A DNA stretch of 64,000 nucleotides from an uncultured Eubacteriales bacterium (GTDB lineage: Bacteria > Bacillota > Clostridia > Lachnospirales > Lachnospiraceae), in assembly GCA_900314565.1 (NCBI GenBank), contig OMVU01000006.1, positions 66,074 to 130,073 of the forward strand, in the 5' to 3' direction. The notes under the pieces are model-generated. The model was given only the letters and a program-made list of their open reading frames with translations. It was not told where the DNA came from and ran no database searches. Below, piece by piece: positions 53,333 to 60,489 of this stretch (within the stretch, counting starts at the first letter, position 1; each line of letters starts with the position of its first letter). Position numbers and translations under genes: made by a program.

Positions 53333-53614
53333 ATGTCTGACTGGTTAAAGAAATTTTTTGTTTGGAGAGATAAGTATCCGGAGAAATCGGAGCGGGGGAT
53401 GAGAACAATCACATGCAAGATGTGCGGAAGGACCTTCACTCTTCCGGAAAATGTCCAGCACTGGCCGGACATCTGCCAGGAGTGCAGGGCGAAGTATCGA
53501 CCGGTGGAGACCATCACTAGAAAGTGCCGAAAATGCGGGAAGACCTTCACATTCCGGTCAGACGCCCGGCAATGGCCGAAATACTGCCCGGAGTGTCAGA
53601 AAAAGAGGAGGTAG
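53333..53614 (+). CDS. Tandem zinc-ribbon protein (2 x CxxC-x16-CxxC)
   Basis: CKMCGRTFT..WPDICQEC and CRKCGKTFT..WPKYCPEC; GGAGGAG RBS. Confidence 0.75.
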   Translation: MSDWLKKFFVWRDKYPEKSERGMRTITCKMCGRTFTLPENVQHWPDICQECRAKYRPVETITRKCRKCGKTFTFRSDARQWPKYCPECQKKRR

Positions 53615-53672
53615 GCAGCATTCAGACCCTTAAATGAAAGAATCTCGACTATTCGGAATCGCGGAGGATAAC

Positions 53673-54311
53673 ATGGATCAGAAAGTTGATTGTGCTTCTT
53701 GGGAACGCAGGGAAATCTTTGATTTCTTCAGCGGATCGTCAAATCCTTTTTACATGGTGACATTCCGGCAAAATGTTACAAAGCTGGTTCAGTTCACAAA
53801 ACAGAACCGTATTTCATTTTATTATGCGCTGGTTTATCTGTGTACAAAAGCGATCAACAGTATACCGGCGTTTCATTATGTGATCAGACAGTCAGATGTT
53901 TACTGTTTACCTGAGAGATCTCCCAGTTTTACAGATCTGAAAAAGGGCAGTGGGCTTTTCCATATTGTGACAATGCCCTGCGCAGACTCGATGATCGATT
54001 TTTGTGAGCTGGCCGGAGAACGCAGCCGGAAGCAAAGTGTTTTTATCGATACGGATATGGAAAGCGATGCGCTGATATTTTTTTCTTGCATTCCATGGGT
54101 TGATATGACAGCCTTGACAAATGAGCGTGACTGGTCATCGCAGGAGGCCAAAGATGATTCCATCCCCCGGATCGCATGGGGAAAATATGTTAAAGCAGGT
54201 GATCAGTTGGAACTTGGGATGTCGATTGAAGTGAACCATCGCCTGATTGACGGGATTCACATCGGGCAGTTCGCGGAAGCGCTGACCCGTTCCATTGAGG
54301 AGCTGCCGTAA
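53673..54311 (+). CDS. Type A chloramphenicol acetyltransferase-like O-acetyltransferase
   Basis: W.RRE.F.FF, SCIPW and NHRLIDG.H (HxxxDG catalytic motif); GGAGG RBS before ATG 53673. Confidence 0.8.
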   Translation: MDQKVDCASWERREIFDFFSGSSNPFYMVTFRQNVTKLVQFTKQNRISFYYALVYLCTKAINSIPAFHYVIRQSDVYCLPERSPSFTDLKKGSGLFHIVTMPCADSMIDFCELAGERSRKQSVFIDTDMESDALIFFSCIPWVDMTALTNERDWSSQEAKDDSIPRIAWGKYVKAGDQLELGMSIEVNHRLIDGIHIGQFAEALTRSIEELP

Positions 54312-54424
54312 ATGAAGAAAGTGCATCCCGGTTTGCAGCAGGAACAGCAGAGACTGAAAGAACGGGCTTCGGAGTCGTCTGACCGGCAGGCATCGGAATA
54401 GTCAGATCGACAATTGAAGAACCC

Positions 54425-55237
54425 ATGGGAGTAAATTCGATGAAGAAGGATACTGCAGACGCAATAAACGTGCTCGGACAGTTTTTGGGCATGAGAGACG
54501 TGGACTGCCTGAACAGCGCGTCCCTGCATGAAAAATACGGCATCCGTCAGGCAGATGTATTTGTCCTGTTCGGCGGCAGTATTCTTGCGGGCGGGGATCT
54601 GCTGGCGCAGGCAATCAGGGATCAGATCGCAAAAGTCTATGTCATCGTCGGCGGAGCCGGGCATACAACAGAGACCTTGCGGCAGACCGTACACAGCGAA
54701 TATCCTGCAATTGAGACAGACGGGCTGCCGGAAGCGGAAATCTTCCAGCGATATCTGAAAGAAGTTTATTCCTGTGAGGCAGATTACCTTGAGACAAAAT
54801 CCACCAACTGCGGCAACAATATCACCCTTTTGCTGGAGCTGCTGGAGAAAAACAAGATCAAGTGCGCGAGCGTCATTCTGTGTCAGGATGCCACGATGCA
54901 GAGACGGATGGAAGCCGTTCTTCGGAAATATGCGCCGGACGGTCTGACCATTATCAATTATGCGTCTTATCGGGCGTCCGTTACAGCGAAAAATGAAGAA
55001 CCGGCTTATTCAGAGGACATCCACGGAATGTGGGACATGGAACGTTATTTGAATTTATTGATGGGTGAGATCCCGAGGCTCAGGGACGATGAAAACGGGT
55101 ATGGCCCGAAGGGAAAGAACTTCATTGCGCATGTGGATATTCCGGAGACGGTTCAGGAAGCGTGCGAGCGGCTGAAGGCGGTGTACGGAGAAATAACAAG
55201 ACCGGCATTCGGAAATGATTCATCGCAGCTGAAATGA
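54425..55237 (+). CDS. YdcF (DUF218/ElyC-like) cytoplasmic protein
   Basis: GGAGHTT, EAEIF, ETKSTNCGNN, CQD.TMQRR and L.GEIPRL.DDENGYGP.G..FI.HV, as recalled for E. coli YdcF. Confidence 0.8.
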   Translation: MGVNSMKKDTADAINVLGQFLGMRDVDCLNSASLHEKYGIRQADVFVLFGGSILAGGDLLAQAIRDQIAKVYVIVGGAGHTTETLRQTVHSEYPAIETDGLPEAEIFQRYLKEVYSCEADYLETKSTNCGNNITLLLELLEKNKIKCASVILCQDATMQRRMEAVLRKYAPDGLTIINYASYRASVTAKNEEPAYSEDIHGMWDMERYLNLLMGEIPRLRDDENGYGPKGKNFIAHVDIPETVQEACERLKAVYGEITRPAFGNDSSQLK

Positions 55238-55251
55238 GGAGCGGACTTTGA

Positions 55252-55452
55252 AAGGGATATTCCCGGTATCAGACGAAGTTTGGCGTCTACGGAGCATTTG
55301 AACTTCCTGAAGGGGCGGTGCTCAGGCATCACTCTGAAGAAGGGATAAAGGAATTGCTTCACGATTTTGAACAAAAAGAGTTTGAACACCTGATTTTTAC
55401 AACCATGAACGGCAATAAATCCAACGGATTCTTCTTTATCGGTAAGAAATAA
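55252..55452 (+). pseudogene. Start-less 3' gene fragment, probably a SAM-methyltransferase C-terminus
   Basis: Open frame after an in-frame TGA reading ...FGVYGAFELPEGAVLRHHSEEGIKELL...TTMNGNKSNGFFFIGKK*; no start codon or RBS. Family assignment from memory. Confidence 0.5.
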
Positions 55453-55495
55453 GGTGCCTTTATACAATAGTCGGAAACGGAGAAGTGACGGATAC

Positions 55496-55960
55496 ATGCG
55501 TGAGATAACATACAGATATGCCACAGCAGACGACATCGACGGACTCCTGCAGAGCAGATTGCATATGCTTCGGGTGGTCAACAATCTGGAGCAGGACTAT
55601 GACTTTGATCAGGAATTTATCAATTCCAGCAGAGAGTATTTTCTGAATGGCGATCAGATCACGGTTCTCGCTATGGATAACGGGAAGATCATCGGCTGCG
55701 CATCGATCTGCTTTATGCATGTTATGCCGACATTTTCTCATCCGACCGGAAAACGTGCGCATCTTATGAATGTATATACCGACGCTGCGTATCAGAGACA
55801 GGGGATTGCATACAAGATGACGAATATGCTGATAGAAGCTGCGTGGGAAAAAGGGGCAACGGAAATCAGTCTGGACGCTACAGAATCAGGCAGACCATTA
55901 TATGAAAAATGCGGATTCAAGGATTCTGATGAGTGCATGGTCCTGGTAAGAAATGAGTGA
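55496..55960 (+). CDS. GNAT family N-acetyltransferase
   Basis: AHLMNVYT..AYQRQGIA and L.AT..GRPLYEKCGF. Confidence 0.9.
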   Translation: MREITYRYATADDIDGLLQSRLHMLRVVNNLEQDYDFDQEFINSSREYFLNGDQITVLAMDNGKIIGCASICFMHVMPTFSHPTGKRAHLMNVYTDAAYQRQGIAYKMTNMLIEAAWEKGATEISLDATESGRPLYEKCGFKDSDECMVLVRNE

Positions 55961-55986
55961 TACGATCAAAAGCATTCGCCAACCGG

Positions 55987-56063
55987 TGCAGGATGCGTCA
56001 AAGCTTCCGGAAGATATCCGCAGGCACTTCTGCTTGCTCGAAACCTCTGAAAACACGGCTTTT
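55987..56063 (+). pseudogene. 77-bp relic of the flavin-reductase gene 3' end
   Basis: Co-linear with 52274-52350; translates QDASKLPEDIRRHF..LETSENTAF versus QDASKLPEDIRKQF..IETSEHTAF. Confidence 0.75.
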
Positions 56064-56117
56064 ATGTGAAAAACACGGCTTTTTTTGTGAAAATGAAAAA
56101 TTCCCTTACGTCAGGTA

Positions 56118-56148
56118 TTGCTCGTGACGCTGCGTCATGAGCTATTCT
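56118..56148 (+). promoter_or_regulatory. MerR-type promoter with a 19-bp spacer and operator dyad
   Basis: TTGCTC-19 nt-TATTCT; the spacer holds TGACGC-T-GCGTCA (56125-56137). Confidence 0.7.
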
Positions 56149-56171
56149 GGGCGTGAAAGGAGGCGAAAGCT

Positions 56172-56909
56172 ATGTCAAAGTACACAACAGGAGAGATTGC
56201 AAAGCTCTGCGGAGTGACCGTTCGGACCGTTCAGTATTACGATAAGCGCGGCATCCTGGTTCCGTCGGAACTTTCCGAAGGCGGCAGACGGCTGTATTCA
56301 GAGGACGATGTAAAGCGGATGAAGGTCATCTGCTTTCTGCGGGACCTCGGACTTTCCATCGACTCGATCCGGCAGCTGCTTGCCGAGGAGGATCCGGGAA
56401 GCGTCATTCAACTGCTGCTCGATCAGCAGGAGACGGAACTGAAGGAAGAGATCACCGAGAGAGAAGAGAGACTGAAGAAACTTCAGGAGTTGAAGGCGGG
56501 ACTGAAGAGCCTGACGCAGTTCTCCATAGAATCCATTGGCGACATAGCGTATATCATGGCAAACAAAAAAGAACTGAAGAAGATCCACACAGTAATGCTC
56601 CTGACAGGCCTGCCGCTTTGCATTTTACAGGTTTCATCCATTATCCTGTGGATCACGAAAGGCATATGGTGGCTGTTCCTTACATGGGCGGTCATTGCGG
56701 TCCCTTATGGTGTGATCTTCAGCCGCTGGTATTTCAGAAGAGTAGCTTATATTTGTCCGCAGTGCCACACAGTCTTTAAGCCGACTTTCAAGGAGGCATT
56801 TTGGGCATCGCATACTCCCGCGACACGAAAACTCACCTGTCCTTCCTGCGGACATCACGGTTTCTGCGTGGAAGTGGCGGCCGGATTGGAGGTGGCGGAA
56901 AATGCGTAA
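56172..56909 (+). CDS. MerR-family regulator with C-terminal TM pair and zinc ribbon
   Basis: YTTGEIAKLCGVTVRTVQYYD..G and GGRRLY; C-terminal CPQC...CPSC. Confidence 0.9.
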   Translation: MSKYTTGEIAKLCGVTVRTVQYYDKRGILVPSELSEGGRRLYSEDDVKRMKVICFLRDLGLSIDSIRQLLAEEDPGSVIQLLLDQQETELKEEITEREERLKKLQELKAGLKSLTQFSIESIGDIAYIMANKKELKKIHTVMLLTGLPLCILQVSSIILWITKGIWWLFLTWAVIAVPYGVIFSRWYFRRVAYICPQCHTVFKPTFKEAFWASHTPATRKLTCPSCGHHGFCVEVAAGLEVAENA

Positions 56910-57819
56910 TGTCAGGTTCAATAAGAAGGCAATGGTCATCTATCTGATCTTCACATTCGGACTTGCGTATATCATTCAGATATGCGCAGCGTCTCTTTAT
57001 GAAAAGAACCGGGTGATCGGGCAGTTGGTCACCGCGGCGATGATGTTCGTCCCGGCACTCGGTGCAGTTCTCTCCGGGGCAAAACTGAAAGAAATGGGCT
57101 GGAAGCCGCAGATCAGAAAAAATATCAAAATTATTCTGATTGCATGGTTTGGTTCGATGATCCTGACTGTCGTCGGAGCCGTTTTGTATTTCCTGATTTT
57201 TCCGAAGCACATTGACCTCAGCGGGGAATATTTTGTGGCAGCAGGTGGCGCGGAAGCCCTCGAACAGATGAAGGCACAGGGGATTTCTTATTCAGTATAT
57301 TTATTGATCACGTTAGTCAGCAGTATTTCCTATGCTCCGCTGCTGAACATGTTCGTCGCACTGGGCGAAGAAATCGGCTGGCGCGGATTCATGTATCCGC
57401 AGCTGAAGGCAAGATTCGGACGCAGGAAGGGATGGATCCTTGGCGGAGTGATCTGGGGAGCATGGCACTGGCCGCTTATCTGGCTGATCGGGTATGAGTA
57501 CGGCGCTGCTGCGGGAAATCCCATCGGGTATGCAGGTTTTCCGATCACAGGCATGCTGCTGTTTTGCGTCATTACGGTCGGTCTGGGCATCCTGCACGAT
57601 TGGTTATATGAAAAAAGTGAAAGTATCTGGGTCCCGGCGCTCTTTCACGGTGCGTTCAATGCAGCCGCTACACTTCCTCTGGCTGTGTGTCAGACGAATA
57701 CCGGTTCTGTGAGACTTCTTGGTCCGGCCCCGAACGGGATTCTATCGGGACTGCCGATTTTGGCCGTCGCGGCGATTCTTCTGATCAATGCGGACAAAAG
57801 CAGGGGAAAGCTGCAGTAA
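56902..57819 (+). CDS. CPBP/CAAX (Abi-family) intramembrane metalloprotease
   Basis: EEIGWRGF, WGAWHWP and FHGAFN; multiple TMs; overlaps the merR stop. Confidence 0.9.
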   Translation: MRNVRFNKKAMVIYLIFTFGLAYIIQICAASLYEKNRVIGQLVTAAMMFVPALGAVLSGAKLKEMGWKPQIRKNIKIILIAWFGSMILTVVGAVLYFLIFPKHIDLSGEYFVAAGGAEALEQMKAQGISYSVYLLITLVSSISYAPLLNMFVALGEEIGWRGFMYPQLKARFGRRKGWILGGVIWGAWHWPLIWLIGYEYGAAAGNPIGYAGFPITGMLLFCVITVGLGILHDWLYEKSESIWVPALFHGAFNAAATLPLAVCQTNTGSVRLLGPAPNGILSGLPILAVAAILLINADKSRGKLQ

Positions 57820-58054
57820 TCAGGCAGTTCCTGATTTCAGAGTAAATCAATAGTCTTTCCGGCAAGATACAGCGGAAGATTGGTGATTTCCCCATTTTTC
57901 CTATATCCGCACTTTGAATAGCGGAGAGCGTATAGAAGGTGATGGCTTAACGGAAATTTACACATAAATCTTGGATTTTGAATCAAAAATTACACATTTT
58001 TTTAAAAAATATCCTTGGACTATTCACTTTTTTGATTGACTGAAGAAATGATTT

Positions 58055-58086
58055 TCCCCACCTTTTTGGTGGGGATTTTTATTTTC
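58055..58086 (+). terminator. Putative intrinsic terminator
   Basis: CCCCACC-TTTTT-GGTGGGG-ATTTTTATTTT. Confidence 0.55.
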
Positions 58087-58284
58087 AGAAGCTGGTATGA
58101 TACATGTATGTTTCGTAAGAGAATTACGCAGCGTAAGACAAAAGCTGACAGCTATCAACTGGCAGACCGCCCATAAAAGAGACATATTTTGCCCGCGAAT
58201 GCTTATTTGGCATGTGTGGCTGCAAAATAGTCATCCGAGGTCATTTGGTCAGACTTCAGAACTGTATTTGGGAGGAGGTTGACA

Positions 58285-58626
58285 ATGCAGGGGAGGAAAA
58301 GTCTGGGATATTTTATTACCGCAAGAAGAAAACGCATGGGATTAACGCAGGCAGAGCTGGCTCATATGATGGGGGTCTCAAAGTCCGCTATAGCAAAGTG
58401 GGAAACGAATGGGGGGCTTCCTGACAGGGATAATCTGAAAAGGCTTTCGGAGATCATGAATGTATCTGTAGATGAGTTGTACAGGGTCATACACAATGCC
58501 GATGCGAAAGGCCCGGACATCAAATTCGATATTACACCGGATGTGATAGCAGCCCTCGAATCGTATGGATACAGGGTGATCAGAACGGAAGGTGAGACAG
58601 GGGGCCGGGAGTCGGGAAAACGATGA
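58285..58626 (+). CDS. XRE-family HTH transcriptional regulator
   Basis: RKRMGLTQAELA..MGVSKSAIAKWE..G.LPD; GGAGGAGG RBS. Confidence 0.9.
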   Translation: MQGRKSLGYFITARRKRMGLTQAELAHMMGVSKSAIAKWETNGGLPDRDNLKRLSEIMNVSVDELYRVIHNADAKGPDIKFDITPDVIAALESYGYRVIRTEGETGGRESGKR

Positions 58627-58657
58627 GAAGCAATTACCTGACAGGGTTTCCAGGCAA

Positions 58658-58707
58658 TTGCGAAAGTCTATGCTTCATACAATTTCATTTCGCACAGAGT
58701 TTCGCAA
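58658..58707. repeat. Repeat family C copy
   Basis: Matches 40439-40488. Confidence 0.85.
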
Positions 58708-58743
58708 GCGCCTGGATTGGGTTTCAGAAGAAAGGAGAAGAGT

Positions 58744-59817
58744 ATGGCATTATGTAAGAATTGTGGGACTGAGATCCCTGAGGGAACAAAGTTCTGTCCC
58801 AATTGCGGAGCACCGACAGGGGACGGCCAAACGAACAGTGCTATGACAGACCGCGCAGGTGGTACAGGAGGTACCTATGAAACGGCGCAGCCGATTTCAG
58901 ATAACGGGCAGGCTTCGTATCAGCAGGGGCAGCCGATTTCAGATAACGGGCAGTCTTCGGTTCAGCAGGGGCAGCCGGTCTCAGATAACAGACAGCCTTC
59001 ATTTCAGAAAGGGCAGTATCAGCAGATTGGTCCCGGTTATGTAAAGGATGTGCCGGCTTCCGGAATCAATAAATACGGTAAATTCTTTGGTATAGCGCTT
59101 TTCATACTTTCGTTAGCGGTCTTTTTAACGGATCCGCCTTTTATCAGGATCATATTGTCTGCCGCTATTATTGCGGGAGCTGTATTTTGTATCTCCAGAA
59201 AATATAAACTGAAAGGATTCAGTATAGCGGCCATCGTATTCGCAGTCCTGTGCCTTTTCGGAGGAGTTTCACAGGCTAAAAACTACGGGATGTTCACGAC
59301 TCCCCGTGTCGACAGCACTGCCGCCGGTGCCGGTGAGGGGAAGAGTGCCGATCACAATGCTTCGGGGCAGCAGGAAAAAACTCCGGCACCGACCGCAGCC
59401 CAGAGCAGTCCCGAGACGGATGCCTCTGCGCAGGGAAGCGGGAAAGAAGGGGCAGCATCCAAGGATACTTCACAAGCTGCGGCAGCCTCTGACACACCTG
59501 CAGAATCAAAGGCAGCAGAGAACACGGAGGGCACAGAGCAGACTCCGGGGGTGGATCCCGAACTCAAGGCTTTTCTTGACAGTTATGAGAAATTCATCGA
59601 TGAGTATGTTGCATTTATGAAAACCTACAATTCTGATCCGGCAAATGCCCTGTCCATGCTGGCCGAATATTCCCGGATCATGGGCACTTATGCTGAATTT
59701 ACTGAAAAACTGGCACAGTATGATGAAAATGAAATGTCCGCGGCCGATGCTGCGTATTATCTTGAAGTGACCACTAGATGTACACAGAAGATGCTGGAAC
59801 TATTATCTGCTTCATAA
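58744..59817 (+). CDS. Zinc-ribbon membrane protein with C-terminal DUF6591-like domain
   Basis: CKNCG......KFCPNCG; Gln-rich 30-bp repeats; TMs; K.FLDSYE.F.DEYV.FM..Y C-terminus. Confidence 0.75.
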   Translation: MALCKNCGTEIPEGTKFCPNCGAPTGDGQTNSAMTDRAGGTGGTYETAQPISDNGQASYQQGQPISDNGQSSVQQGQPVSDNRQPSFQKGQYQQIGPGYVKDVPASGINKYGKFFGIALFILSLAVFLTDPPFIRIILSAAIIAGAVFCISRKYKLKGFSIAAIVFAVLCLFGGVSQAKNYGMFTTPRVDSTAAGAGEGKSADHNASGQQEKTPAPTAAQSSPETDASAQGSGKEGAASKDTSQAAAASDTPAESKAAENTEGTEQTPGVDPELKAFLDSYEKFIDEYVAFMKTYNSDPANALSMLAEYSRIMGTYAEFTEKLAQYDENEMSAADAAYYLEVTTRCTQKMLELLSAS

Positions 59818-59939
59818 AGGCGGGGTGGAGGACGACGTGAAGCGGAGTTACCATTCACGGATTGACCGAAACCCATTTTAAGCGCTCCGTTTGAGGGAGC
59901 GAAGCGGGGGAAGGTCATCTGCTTTCGGAGTACTGATAT

Positions 59940-60410
59940 GTGCCTGCGTCGAGCACGCTCACGATTTACGCCCAGAGCGACGGCGAACGTGCCGGCAAGA
60001 TTGTTTCTCATCCTTCCGGCGGTTCGGGCATCGGCGGCGGCAAAGATAATGAGAGCGGCGGCACTGTCACTATTAACGGCGGTGTCGTGAGCGCGAGCGG
60101 AAGTTATGGCATCGGCGCGGGCGATGGCGGCTCCGATGTCGCGGTCACGCTGGATTATACCGACGCCACAAAGAAAAGCATCAGCATCTTCGCCGATTCC
60201 TTCAAAGGAACGGTGACGCTTGACGATCTTGCTCCCTACGCACTCACTACAGCAGGAACGAAACCGGACGGAGTGACCGGCGCCAGCATCATGGTAGAGT
60301 TCGATACGGATAATACGCTGCGCATTACATTCAAGACAGACGGCAGCAAGCCGCTTGGCAGCTATACTTTCCTGCTGGATGGCGCGGAGAAGAAGCAGCC
60401 ACAGAAACGA
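59940..60410 (+). pseudogene. Relic of a large surface/adhesin-like protein
   Basis: TLTIYAQS..GIGG..GGTVTINGG.V.A..GIG unit; no RBS or signal peptide; the ORF runs into the GH78 3' end. Confidence 0.45.
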
Positions 60411-60489
60411 AGAAGGGCAGGAACGCAGAGGCGTTCCTGCCCTTTTACACATTTTTCTCAGATATCAGGTAGAAGAATACACATTTATC

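Noticed and set aside
58097-58270. Possible structured leader or mobile-element remnant before the XRE gene
   Set aside because: No convincing stems, repeats or att-like site could be shown from the sequence alone.
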